From the IMG/VR virus record IMGVR_UViG_3300044796_000135, positions 1-62,730 of that record: a stretch of 62,730 nucleotides of DNA; one strand, given 5' to 3'. Below the pieces are notes generated by a model. That model was not told the DNA's origin, made no database searches, and was given only the letters and a program-made list of their open reading frames with translations. This DNA comes from a virus (Duplodnaviria; Caudoviricetes). Each line of letters begins with the position of its first letter. Position 1 is the stretch's first letter. The position numbers and the translations under genes are program-made. This document shows positions 30,443 to 40,043 of this stretch, piece by piece.

Positions 30443-31348
30443 ATGGTCATCAACACAACCGCCATTGCCAACCTGCTCCGTCCAGGTTTGGCGTCCGTAT
30501 TCGCGGATACCGAAATGTATCCGCCGCAGTGGTCCGAAATCTTCGAGAAACACACTTCGGACAAATCAGTGGAAATCGAAGTCGAAGTCCGCCTGATGGG
30601 CCTCGGCGCGATCCGGCAGGAAGGTTCGCCGACTCAGTTCCAAGACATGGGACAGATGTTCGTCACCCAGTACGTCAACAAATACGTCTCGGCCGGCTTC
30701 GTCGTCACGCGCCAGGCGATCAAGGACAACCTCTACAAAAAGGACTTCCCGCAGCAGGCTATCGCGCTCAAGGACTCCCTGGACCAATCCAAGGAAGTTC
30801 TCGGTGCCAGCGTGCTGAACAACGGGTTTTCCACCAGCTTCCCGATTGGTGACGGCGCGGCGATTTACTCAACGTCTCACCCGATCCTGTCCGGCACCGT
30901 GGCGAATACGCCGACCGTTCAGACCGACCTCAACGAAACCTCTCTGCAAGACGGACTCGTCACGATCCAGCAGTTCAAGAATGCCGCTGGCCTGCGTGTC
31001 ATGGTTCAGCCGCAGAAGATGATTGTCCCGCCGCAGCTTCAGTGGACGGCCAACCGGCTGCTGAACTCGCAGTTCCGTACCGGCACCGCCAACAACGACA
31101 TCTCGGCTGTCTACAACGTCAACGCCGTGCCCATGGGTTACCGGGTCAATCAGTTCCTGTCCGATACGTCGGCGTGGTTCCTGCTCACGAATGCGAAGAA
31201 CGGTTTCAAATACTATGATCGTGAGCCGTACGAGACGAGCATTTTTTCGGACTTCCCTACCGACAACCTACTCGCTAAGGCCATCGCTCGCTACAGCTTC
31301 GGCATTAGCAACTTCCGCGCCACCTACGCCTCGTCCGGTACTCTGTAA
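30443..31348 (+). CDS. major capsid protein (Mu gpT-like family)
   Basis: LLRPGL, AIKDNLY, VLNNGF, GDG....S.SHP, LNETSL, MIVPP.L, ANNDI, AWFL, RYSFG. Confidence 0.9.
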   Translation: MVINTTAIANLLRPGLASVFADTEMYPPQWSEIFEKHTSDKSVEIEVEVRLMGLGAIRQEGSPTQFQDMGQMFVTQYVNKYVSAGFVVTRQAIKDNLYKKDFPQQAIALKDSLDQSKEVLGASVLNNGFSTSFPIGDGAAIYSTSHPILSGTVANTPTVQTDLNETSLQDGLVTIQQFKNAAGLRVMVQPQKMIVPPQLQWTANRLLNSQFRTGTANNDISAVYNVNAVPMGYRVNQFLSDTSAWFLLTNAKNGFKYYDREPYETSIFSDFPTDNLLAKAIARYSFGISNFRATYASSGTL

Positions 31349-31359
31349 GGAGTCGCCAC

Positions 31360-32163
31360 ATGACCAACTTCGGCGACATTATTTCCCAAGGCGGTGCAAC
31401 CTATAACCGCGTTCAGATGCCCACGGGCGGCTCTGCACGCGATACCGAGAACATGGGTGCGGTTGTTACGCCCATCTTCGCATACATCCCCACGTCGGCC
31501 TCTGGCGGCGCGCCTGCTACGGCGCTTCCGTCTGGCATCGTAGCTTCCCAGCAGGCGACTGGCGGCGGCACGCTGTCCATGTCCGGCTCGCTGGTCTCTG
31601 GCGGCGTGGCAACCCTGGACGTGCCACGCGGCATCGCCATCTCATCGACGGCCACGACTACTCTGGCGACCTGTGTCTTCACGTTGCGAGGTACTGACTT
31701 CTATGGCGCTCCGATGACGTGGAGCGGCATTGGTCCGGGCATTGCCGCGACGGTTCTATCTAACCAGTGCTTCAAAACGATTACGACCGCCTCTGTCGTG
31801 GGGTTAGTCACGGCCAATACCTCAATCGGCACCAGCGACGTTTATGACGTGCCGTACCGCATTCCCAACGCTGGCTTTATCGCGAGCATGGCTTTTGGTG
31901 GTGCCGATGCCACTGCGTCCACGGCTTCGGGTGCTGCCGCCGTTATCACCGCTGGCCAGTTGCCAACATTCGTTATGACGGCCTCTGCGAGCGGTCCGCG
32001 CGGTACCGTTCAGCTGCCGACCGGCAACTTAGCGAACGGCACCACCTTCTTCACCATCTTGCAGGTCAACCCGATTTTCTCGGCAACGACGCCTCGGAAC
32101 ATGATCGTGCCCGGTAACGATACCACCGCGAATACCTATGGTCCGCTTCCATTCAGCAATTAA
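31360..32163 (+). CDS. Thr/Ala/Gly-rich virion structural protein
   Basis: LDVPR...GTDFYG.PM...FKTIT; strong RBS. Confidence 0.75.
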   Translation: MTNFGDIISQGGATYNRVQMPTGGSARDTENMGAVVTPIFAYIPTSASGGAPATALPSGIVASQQATGGGTLSMSGSLVSGGVATLDVPRGIAISSTATTTLATCVFTLRGTDFYGAPMTWSGIGPGIAATVLSNQCFKTITTASVVGLVTANTSIGTSDVYDVPYRIPNAGFIASMAFGGADATASTASGAAAVITAGQLPTFVMTASASGPRGTVQLPTGNLANGTTFFTILQVNPIFSATTPRNMIVPGNDTTANTYGPLPFSN

Positions 32164-32220
32164 TATGATACCTTGGGTGGGTAGCCATTTTGGCCGAACC
32201 CCCAAGGATAGGAATATCGC

Positions 32221-33147
32221 GTGGTAGAACCGCATCAATCCGCCCAGCCGTCGCCTGTTACTCTCGGGTCCAACCGCAAGGCTGTGAACATCATTGCCAT
32301 GGGTTCGAGCCGGAACGACTTCTTCACGGCGCAGCTTGTTGAGAATCGCCCGGACATCCTGAAAGACGCGGAAATCTGGACCATCAACTACATGGGTGCG
32401 GTCATCCGCTGCAACCGCATCATCCACATAGATCCGGTTCACGCCTACCTTGGCATCCCGACCGTCAAGGATATGTGCGACAACGCGCTGAAAGATAATA
32501 TCCCGTTCTACACGTCGCATCCGCATCCGCATTACCCGAACCATGTGGTCTACCCCATGGATAGGGTCGTGGCGTGGGGCGGCATCTCTTATTTCAATAC
32601 GTCAGTGTCCTACGCAATCGCGCTGGCCATGGCTGAGGGTTACAACGAAATCGGCCTTTTCGGCTGCGATTTCTCGTACCCGGATGTCCACCTTGCTGAA
32701 TCTGGCCGCGCTTGCTGCGAGTTCTGGATGGGCCTTGGCTCTGAGCGCGGCATCAAGTTCTCCATTGGGCAGCATTCTACCTTGATGGACATGCACTGCG
32801 GTCAGCATCCCTATGGCTGGTTCCAGCACCCACTCGCGCCCCCGGTTAATGGCGGCAAGCTGATGAACACGACCGAGATTCTTGCGCACATCGAGCGCGT
32901 GCGGAATCCGACGCCGCAGGTGAATATTGTGGAGTTGAAGATCGCGAGCCCAGCGCAGGTGGAATCGCAATCGGCATTTCAGAACAATGCGCTGGCCGGA
33001 CAATTCATCCCGGCAAATCAGCAGGCTTGGGACAACCACACGCAAAACCAAGCGCCGCTTGGGCATGTCGGCCCTCAATATCACCAACTTTCTGGGCTAC
33101 AGGCTGTACCCGGGGCAAAGCCGAACGGTTCTCTGCTGTCCCAATGA
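32221..33147 (+). CDS. glycosyltransferase-like (GT29/DUF115-like Rossmann) enzyme
   Basis: IIAMGSS, EIWTIN, SVSYAIALA..EGY.EIGLFGCDF. Confidence 0.55.
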   Translation: MVEPHQSAQPSPVTLGSNRKAVNIIAMGSSRNDFFTAQLVENRPDILKDAEIWTINYMGAVIRCNRIIHIDPVHAYLGIPTVKDMCDNALKDNIPFYTSHPHPHYPNHVVYPMDRVVAWGGISYFNTSVSYAIALAMAEGYNEIGLFGCDFSYPDVHLAESGRACCEFWMGLGSERGIKFSIGQHSTLMDMHCGQHPYGWFQHPLAPPVNGGKLMNTTEILAHIERVRNPTPQVNIVELKIASPAQVESQSAFQNNALAGQFIPANQQAWDNHTQNQAPLGHVGPQYHQLSGLQAVPGAKPNGSLLSQ

Positions 33148-33157
33148 GGAGACTTAG

Positions 33158-33871
33158 TTGCGCGAGATCACGTTCAGTTTCCCGGCAGCGTCCGTTAATG
33201 CCATCGCCGCAACCCAGTCCATTACGGCATCGGCTGGCGGCGGTGTTATTCTCAACGGCAGCCTTGCGCCGATTGGGAACCTGACGCCATCTGCCACGAC
33301 GGCCACCTCTGGCAGCTATCTCACCAATAAGCCTTTCACGCTCTCCGGCATTGCGCGTCCCGTGACGATTAGCGCAACTTCGTCTGCGACTGGTGTAGTG
33401 TTTACCGTTGTCGGATTCGATGCGCGCGGAATTGCGCAGACAGCATCCTTTCTCGGTGCGTCTGGTGGAAGTTCAACTGCAAGCGATTTCACGGCCACCG
33501 GCAGCGGGACGGATTTCACCATTATCACGGCTGTTCAAACGTCGGCCTCGATGGGCAACTTTACGGTTGGCATCGGCGCTACTGGGAGCAGCCGCTGGAT
33601 CGAAACCCAAATTTTTTCCAACCCGTTCAATATCGCTATCTCGGTCAATCCAGCAACATCCGGCCCGATTACGATCCAGGATACCCCGGACGATGCCAAT
33701 GCTGCGGCACCGGTAAATATCTTCAACCACGCCACGCTTGTTGCGGTTGTCGCGGCTCAGCAATCCAACTATGCAATGCCAGTGCGTTTCACGCGCGCGA
33801 TTTGCGTGCCGACACAGATTGCTGGCGCAACGGCGGTATCCACAGTGAACTACATCCAGACGGGGGTGTAG
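33158..33871 (+). CDS. Thr/Ala-rich virion structural protein
   Basis: GAGGAG RBS, TTG start; beta-rich composition. Confidence 0.75.
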   Translation: MREITFSFPAASVNAIAATQSITASAGGGVILNGSLAPIGNLTPSATTATSGSYLTNKPFTLSGIARPVTISATSSATGVVFTVVGFDARGIAQTASFLGASGGSSTASDFTATGSGTDFTIITAVQTSASMGNFTVGIGATGSSRWIETQIFSNPFNIAISVNPATSGPITIQDTPDDANAAAPVNIFNHATLVAVVAAQQSNYAMPVRFTRAICVPTQIAGATAVSTVNYIQTGV

Positions 33872-33873
33872 CC

Positions 33874-34410
33874 ATATCTAATTTATTCTTCTCTGGCGTA
33901 TCGGCGGTAGCACCATCAGCAGCGGCGTTGACGGGCACGCTTCCTGTTGCCAATGGTGGTACGGGACTGACCACGATTGGCGCAAACCAAACGCTGATTG
34001 GAACATCGGGCGGATTGTTCAACGCGGGCGATGTTCCGACGCGGCTGATCGCGTACTCAACAGCACTCGCGTTGACGGCTTCGGGAGACCAGCTCCTGAC
34101 GATGAATAACAGCGTGAACCTTGGCAATTATATCGTGCGCCGGGTGACATGGGGCTTACCGCTTACGTCGGCTCTTGCGACCGTCATAACAGTGGCCACG
34201 CTGCGCACGGCGATCAACGGCGGTGGTTCTGCGATCACAGGGGCGCTTGTTGTTACGGGGCTTTCCGCAACGACTGCATTCCTGGATCAGGTCGTGACAC
34301 TGGCGAGTGGGATTTCAACTTCGACACAGCTTGTGGTCCAGGTGACTACGCTGGCCAGCACTGCACCAAATTCGCAAATTTTCGTCTACGCGGATCTTCT
34401 GGGCGTTTAA
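33874..34410 (+). CDS. virion structural/tail protein, probable ATA start
   Basis: GTLPVANGGTG tail-fibre motif; GGGGGTG-N5-ATA. Confidence 0.65.
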   Translation: MSNLFFSGVSAVAPSAAALTGTLPVANGGTGLTTIGANQTLIGTSGGLFNAGDVPTRLIAYSTALALTASGDQLLTMNNSVNLGNYIVRRVTWGLPLTSALATVITVATLRTAINGGGSAITGALVVTGLSATTAFLDQVVTLASGISTSTQLVVQVTTLASTAPNSQIFVYADLLGV

Positions 34411-34428
34411 CATGAAAGGAACTGCACT

Positions 34429-34725
34429 ATGAAAAAGAGCATTGGCGGAGCGGCCCACGAAGGCGACGGCTTCCGTGGCGACGGCTTTGAGTCCGGTGGT
34501 CACACCGCGAAGCACAAGCATGACCATTCGCACAAGACTTCCTCGCTGATGGGATTTGGTCCCGGCAACGGTTACGCCAAGGGTGGCCATCCCCATGCCG
34601 AAGATGAGGACATGGAATCGCATGAGGAAGACGGCGAAATGGGCGATGCGTTGGCCCACGGCGGAGGTGTTCATCATGCCAAGAAGCACCACACCCACGG
34701 CAGCAAGCACCATAAGGGCAAGTAG
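34429..34725 (+). CDS. His/Gly-rich small protein
   Basis: AAGGA RBS; FESGG, YAKGG, LAHGG. Confidence 0.65.
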   Translation: MKKSIGGAAHEGDGFRGDGFESGGHTAKHKHDHSHKTSSLMGFGPGNGYAKGGHPHAEDEDMESHEEDGEMGDALAHGGGVHHAKKHHTHGSKHHKGK

Positions 34726-34727
34726 CC

Positions 34728-34961
34728 ATGGGCCGCGAACGCAAGATGGAAATGCGCGGCGAGGACAGCGGGATTAAGTGCGCTGAGGGTGGTTGGATCG
34801 CTAAGGCCACCGAAAACAAAGGCGCACTTCACCGCAAACTGCATGTTCCGGAAGGCGAAAAGATTCCGGAGAAGAAACTTGCCAAGGCAGAACATTCGAA
34901 AAACTCTACCGAGCGCAAGGAAGCAAACTTGGCGAAGACGTTGCGTGGATTTAAGAAGTAG
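34728..34961 (+). CDS. small basic phage protein
   Basis: WIAKA...KGALHRKLHVPEGEKIP.KKL...ANLAKTL. Confidence 0.75.
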   Translation: MGRERKMEMRGEDSGIKCAEGGWIAKATENKGALHRKLHVPEGEKIPEKKLAKAEHSKNSTERKEANLAKTLRGFKK

Positions 34962-34969
34962 GTGTCACT

Positions 34970-35668
34970 ATCGTTTCGTCTGGAACATATAATTTTGGTG
35001 TTACCACCGGAATTGACGAAGTTTTCACCGAGGCCTTTGAACGCATAGGCCGAGATGCCAGCACCTTGTCTGCGAATGACTTGGACTCTGCACGGCGGAC
35101 GGCTGGATATGTGATATCAGATTGGGCAAATCGCCCCGTAAATTTGTGGACTGTCGTGCTGAATATTCAGCCGCTGACGACTGGACTACAAAGCTTTGCG
35201 ATGACATCCCAGCAGCTTTTCATCCTGCAGGCCGCCACCCGCACCACAGATTCGAGCGGCGTTAATACCGACTTGGTTATTTCGCCAATCTCGCGTGCTG
35301 AATATTTGGCATTGCCAAACAAAGCGCAGCAAGGTTCGCGACCAGTACAATTCTATCTTGAAAGAACTATAGTTCCAAATTGCTACGTTTGGCCGACATG
35401 CCAAGATAATACAGTCTCTATTGTCTACTACAGCGCCAACATGGTTCAAGACCCAGGCGCTTATACGAACACCATGAACATTCCGCAGCGTTGGATGGAT
35501 GCGCTTGCTTCGGCTTGTGCGTATCGCTTGGCTGTAAAGTTCGCCCCTGAGCGCGCCATTGCTTTGAAAACACTTTCTGATGAAGCTTACGGAGCCGCCG
35601 CGACTGAAGACACCGAGAACGTTCCGATGCGTATCGTGCCGGATACAATGGGACGGAGATTCGGATAA
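34970..35668 (+). CDS. head-tail adaptor/tail tubular protein A-like, probable ATC start
   Basis: SSGTYNF...DE...EAFERIG...SARR...WANR.VNLW...ISRAEY..LPNK...RP.QFY. Confidence 0.75.
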   Translation: MVSSGTYNFGVTTGIDEVFTEAFERIGRDASTLSANDLDSARRTAGYVISDWANRPVNLWTVVLNIQPLTTGLQSFAMTSQQLFILQAATRTTDSSGVNTDLVISPISRAEYLALPNKAQQGSRPVQFYLERTIVPNCYVWPTCQDNTVSIVYYSANMVQDPGAYTNTMNIPQRWMDALASACAYRLAVKFAPERAIALKTLSDEAYGAAATEDTENVPMRIVPDTMGRRFG

Positions 35669-36069
35669 TGGTCTACGGTAACGCAAATCCACTGCGCCGC
35701 AAGGTGCGCAAGCCTTACAAGATTGACGTAAACAACCCGCAGGCCGCTGCAGTTTGCGATGGGTGTGGATTCCAAGTTAATAGGTCATCCCTCACCAAAC
35801 ACATGCAGTACAAAGGCGGCATGACGCCTCAGTGGGATGGTCTGCTCGTCTGCGGAACCTGCGATGACGTGCCGCAGCCATACTTCAAACGTCTCGTCCT
35901 ATTCCCAGACCCCGTTCCCGTGGTTAACCCACGCCCCGAAGCCATCGGCGCAACCTATAGCGGTTACGGCTACCTCGTGACTGAGAACGGGCAATACCTC
36001 GCGGACGGCCCCGACTTCTGGCTGGCCCACAACATCGTCTCGTTCAAAAACCCGGAGCCGGTGCCGTGA
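35668..36069 (+). CDS. CxxC...CxxC protein of the tail cluster
   Basis: AVCDGCGF ... LLVCGTCDD.PQP ... DP.PV.NPRP. Confidence 0.75.
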   Translation: MVYGNANPLRRKVRKPYKIDVNNPQAAAVCDGCGFQVNRSSLTKHMQYKGGMTPQWDGLLVCGTCDDVPQPYFKRLVLFPDPVPVVNPRPEAIGATYSGYGYLVTENGQYLADGPDFWLAHNIVSFKNPEPVP

Positions 36070-37001
36070 GCAACCAACTCACCACGCCGAATGTGACGAT
36101 TGTCCAACTGCCAACGCAAAACGCGGTTTTGGCCGGCGATTCCTTTGCCGCATGGTCCGCAACTGCAAGTCAAACCTACAGGCCGCTTTCGACTCAGATA
36201 GCGGCATTCGTGAATACGAATCTCGGTCTTGGAAATATGTCGCTGCAGAATGCCGCGACCGTTGCGATCACGGGCGGCTCAATAGCAGACACGACGATCA
36301 GCATTACTGCGGCTGCGAATGTTAATCTATCTCCGAGTGGCCTGGGCTCCGTTACAATATCGCCGAATACGACCGGTGCGATCAACAATATGACCATTGG
36401 CGCCACAACTCGTGGATCAATCGCCGGAACGACCGGAGACTTCAACAGCACACTCTCCGTCACCGGCCTCTCCACCCTCACCGGCGGCTTCTCTGCCGGG
36501 GCGAATAGCTCGGTGACGGGGACGTTCGGGGTTAGCGGGACAGCATCGCTCGGTACCGGCTCTACTCACTCTATCACCGTCAGCGGCTCTAGCACCAACC
36601 CGACGATTGGGGCAAGCGGCGGCGGTCTTAATTTCGTTGCGCCAAACAGCCGATATGCTTTCTCAGCGGCAGCTAATCCAGACTTGCAGCTAGTTGCAAC
36701 AGCATCGGGGACTGACCTCAAGACCTGGGATGCCGTTCTCGTCTCCAATAACTACCAAATCCAAGCGACAAAAGACGATCTGTCAGCCGCGACGACGGCC
36801 TACTCCATCACACGCGGCACCACCTATAACGTCGCCTCCCATACTTGGTACACCAGCACGACGGCGGGAACGCCGGTCGCCACGATGGCGCTCTCGATGC
36901 AATCGGCAAAAACCAACCTGACTATCACCCCGCCAACATCTTCGGCAGGTCTCGCAACAGGCACGCTCTACAGCAACGCTGGCGTTGCCACATTCGCATA
37001 G
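36066..37001 (+). CDS. tail fibre-like protein
   Basis: NLGLGNMSLQNA..VAITGGSI motif; Thr/Gly-rich. Confidence 0.7.
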   Translation: MSNQLTTPNVTIVQLPTQNAVLAGDSFAAWSATASQTYRPLSTQIAAFVNTNLGLGNMSLQNAATVAITGGSIADTTISITAAANVNLSPSGLGSVTISPNTTGAINNMTIGATTRGSIAGTTGDFNSTLSVTGLSTLTGGFSAGANSSVTGTFGVSGTASLGTGSTHSITVSGSSTNPTIGASGGGLNFVAPNSRYAFSAAANPDLQLVATASGTDLKTWDAVLVSNNYQIQATKDDLSAATTAYSITRGTTYNVASHTWYTSTTAGTPVATMALSMQSAKTNLTITPPTSSAGLATGTLYSNAGVATFA

Positions 37002-37010
37002 GAAACCAAC

Positions 37011-37517
37011 ATGGCTCTCGTTAAATCTTTCACGATCCCCATTCCCGGCGCTGGCGACTTTGCGATCCCAGCCGCCTACTGCATGATCGTTGCGCCCGTA
37101 TTCGATAAGCTGGCACTCGCTGGCGGCTTTGGTGTTGCGATCTGGAAAGATCAGGCCACGCGGGCGGCGTTCGCTACCGCGCAGGCGGATTTCGTCGCCA
37201 AGTCCACAGCATTCCAAGCCGCTGATGCCGCGCTGAAAGCATTCTTGCCATCTGTCGGCGACACAGACGATAAGATTAAGGCCAAGGAAGCCGCGAGCAT
37301 CGGACCACGCGCCACGCTGCAACTCGCGCAGATTGATCTTCAAAACGCGGTCAACGCCTGCAACGCACTTCAGCAAGTCAAAATCGGAGATGGTCTACGC
37401 TATTCATTCGATGCGTTGACTTCATCGGCGATCACCACCAACGGCGAGATTGACGTGGTGAAGTGCTATGCGTGGCTAAAGACACAGCCGGATTGGGTTG
37501 AAGCGCAGGACGTATAA
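37011..37517 (+). CDS. tail-associated hypothetical protein
   Basis: AGGA RBS; C-terminal CYAWLKTQPDW.EAQDV. Confidence 0.65.
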   Translation: MALVKSFTIPIPGAGDFAIPAAYCMIVAPVFDKLALAGGFGVAIWKDQATRAAFATAQADFVAKSTAFQAADAALKAFLPSVGDTDDKIKAKEAASIGPRATLQLAQIDLQNAVNACNALQQVKIGDGLRYSFDALTSSAITTNGEIDVVKCYAWLKTQPDWVEAQDV

Positions 37518-37581
37518 TGGCAATCACAGGCCGCCACCACGGCCAGTTCGGCGTGGACAGCAATTTTAACAGCGAGCTGAT

Positions 37582-37938
37582 ATGACAATTACAGCAACGC
37601 AGTATGTTTTCAAAGCATCCGCGCTTACGGCGACCACGACTGCGACCGTAGGTGCGTACATCGTCCCATCCGCTGTAACGACCCGAGCGCAGATGGTAGC
37701 GATGACGGTTGCGAATACATCCACCACCGCCGGGGTGCGCAACTGGGTAGATGTTCAGATTTGGGACGGCACGACCGCGTGGGATATAGCAGGTAAACGG
37801 ACGCCGATTGATCCAGGCGGTAGCTTTGTCGTGATTGGTATCGAGAAGCATATGCTGCCGACTGGGGGCGGTATCTACGTCACGCCGTATGCGACAACTG
37901 GTCTCACAGCCGCAATCAGCGTGGTGGAACTGACATGA
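37582..37938 (+). CDS. small beta-rich virion protein
   Basis: Coupled ORF, Thr-rich. Confidence 0.7.
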   Translation: MTITATQYVFKASALTATTTATVGAYIVPSAVTTRAQMVAMTVANTSTTAGVRNWVDVQIWDGTTAWDIAGKRTPIDPGGSFVVIGIEKHMLPTGGGIYVTPYATTGLTAAISVVELT

Positions 37939-38339
37939 CGAATAACTTAGGCCGCGATATCGGCGCGAGCCCGTCAACTGAATTTTATCCGTTCAGTGCT
38001 GCGACGGCATCAAGTCCCGTCATTCTGATTACAGCGACAACGGCCACGGGTGGCGGCACGAATATCCATACGGCGAACGTCGATAAAAATCAGGACGTTC
38101 TGTTCGTTACAGTGGCCAACAACTCTCTCACGGCCCTTGTCGCATATGGCCAACTCGGCACGACCGCGACCACGCTGAGTATGCCTTATTCGATTAGCGC
38201 CGGATCGGTGCAGGTCATCTATAGCGGAAATGCCTCTGTTGCAAATGGTGGTCAATTCGGAATCTGGACGACAGCCACGACAGGGTTAGCCGTTACTGGA
38301 TTTATTGCACGTACATATACAAGCACAGGAAGTTTTTAA
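37935..38339 (+). CDS. small beta-rich virion protein
   Basis: Coupled ORF, Thr-rich. Confidence 0.7.
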   Translation: MTNNLGRDIGASPSTEFYPFSAATASSPVILITATTATGGGTNIHTANVDKNQDVLFVTVANNSLTALVAYGQLGTTATTLSMPYSISAGSVQVIYSGNASVANGGQFGIWTTATTGLAVTGFIARTYTSTGSF

Positions 38340-39527
38340 GTGAGTTTCCCGTTTAGTCCTGGATTAACAGCAGCGCCACTATCGCCATCGGCGCGGGCTG
38401 GCCTTATAAATTTTCTGGGCACACAAACCGTTGTCATTACGGTTCCGACATGGGCTAAGCGTGTGTGGCTTGGGGGAATGGGTGCTGGTGGTGGCGGTGG
38501 CGGATCAACAACGGCGACCGATAAGGGCGTTGGTGGTGGTGGCGGCGGCTATAGCGAAGATGTTCACGCTGTTATCCCCGGCGAGACAATCACCTTTACC
38601 ATCGGCGCAGGTGGTCCTGGTGGCGTCAACGGGAGTGGATCGGCAGGTGGGAATACTACTATAGTTTCATCTGCGTCTGGAATTTCGATGATTTCTAATG
38701 GCGGTGCCGCAGGAACCAAGGGTGCCGGCACGCAAGCCGGTGTTGCTGGTGGGACCGCGACTGGTGGTTCCATAAATTCTTCAGGCGGCGCATCGGGAAC
38801 AGCGACGACAGGAAACCCAGGGGCCACCGGGGGTGGTGCTCCAGGCCATCCGCTCGGCACAGGCGCGGCCTCGGGCGGTGTATCGGGTATCCTCGGCGCG
38901 TCGGGCGGTGCTGGCCTGCGCGGCGCATCTGGTACGATTACAGGCGGCACAACCTCATGCGCGTCTGGTGGTGGCGGCGTTAATTTTGCGTCGGGGGCAA
39001 TAAGCGCGGGTACGATTGCTTCGGGCGGCGGCGGCGCGGCCTCGGCTGGTGTAGTGAATGCTACGACAGCGGGCTTAGGATTCTTTCTGGGCCAAGCGCA
39101 GCCAGATGCTGCGGCTGCTATATCTACAACGGCGACGGCGACCGCGCAGATTGGATTCGGGAATGTCCCGCTTATTTATCAAGCCCTAAGCGGAGTAGGT
39201 TTTGGTACTACGGGGGGGAGTAATAGATTTTATGCCCCTGCCGGCGGCGGCGGCGGTGGTATCCGTGAAACAAATAATTCTGCCAGCATGGGCGGACTCG
39301 GTGCTGGTAGCGGCGGTGCTGCTTCGTCATCTACTGCGGCCGGCGTTGGCAACCCATTGTCTACCAACCTGCCGCCGCCGTTTGGTGGTGGTGGTGCGGC
39401 TGTGTCGAACGGCGTTGCGACAGCGTCTCCAGGCGGCCTTGGCGGTGGCGGTGGTGCGGCGATAGGCACCACAGGCACCGCCGGTACGGGCGGTGACGGC
39501 TACGCGTTCTATCAGTTCTTCGGGTGA
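38340..39527 (+). CDS. glycine-rich tail fibre/spike protein
   Basis: TVP......GAGGGGGG...GGGGGGY...PGETITFTIGAGG glycine-rich domain. Confidence 0.75.
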   Translation: MSFPFSPGLTAAPLSPSARAGLINFLGTQTVVITVPTWAKRVWLGGMGAGGGGGGSTTATDKGVGGGGGGYSEDVHAVIPGETITFTIGAGGPGGVNGSGSAGGNTTIVSSASGISMISNGGAAGTKGAGTQAGVAGGTATGGSINSSGGASGTATTGNPGATGGGAPGHPLGTGAASGGVSGILGASGGAGLRGASGTITGGTTSCASGGGGVNFASGAISAGTIASGGGGAASAGVVNATTAGLGFFLGQAQPDAAAAISTTATATAQIGFGNVPLIYQALSGVGFGTTGGSNRFYAPAGGGGGGIRETNNSASMGGLGAGSGGAASSSTAAGVGNPLSTNLPPPFGGGGAAVSNGVATASPGGLGGGGGAAIGTTGTAGTGGDGYAFYQFFG

Positions 39528-39530
39528 TTC

Positions 39531-40040
39531 ATGACGACATTCGCTCACACTGAAACAGGGCGCGCGCTTGATCCTTGGCCTAACGATACGCCAGCCCATT
39601 ATCTTGCGCGTTTTCCCGGCGTTGATACGTCGGCATGGGCGGTAACGCAGGTCGAGGACGGTACAACGCAAGGCGCTACCCCGGACGGCCAAGGTGGATG
39701 GGCAAACGCGGCGGCACCAATTACACCTGTGCCGCAGCCCAATAATGCAAACAACCCATATTGGCCAAAGAAAATACTTGAGACCAAGGACTTCTATGCC
39801 CTAGTGGGCCAAGTCTTAGGTGCGCGCTATCCGCGACTGCGGAAAGACGACGCATTCCTATGGGTCTATGACTCGTTGAATAAGATTGATCTCGTCAATA
39901 CCGATGACCATGCAGGACAGTTTCTCGAGATGCTGGCCTATCTTGAAAAAACGAATGCGGCCGATGCGCAACCGCTGATGAGCGCGCAGGACGTTGCGGT
40001 TATCATGGCGTCGTGGCCTCCCGCTACGATTACGGGGTAA
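39531..40040 (+). CDS. hypothetical tail-fibre-associated protein
   Basis: Position after glycine-rich fibre gene. Confidence 0.6.
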   Translation: MTTFAHTETGRALDPWPNDTPAHYLARFPGVDTSAWAVTQVEDGTTQGATPDGQGGWANAAAPITPVPQPNNANNPYWPKKILETKDFYALVGQVLGARYPRLRKDDAFLWVYDSLNKIDLVNTDDHAGQFLEMLAYLEKTNAADAQPLMSAQDVAVIMASWPPATITG

Positions 40041-40043
40041 TAC

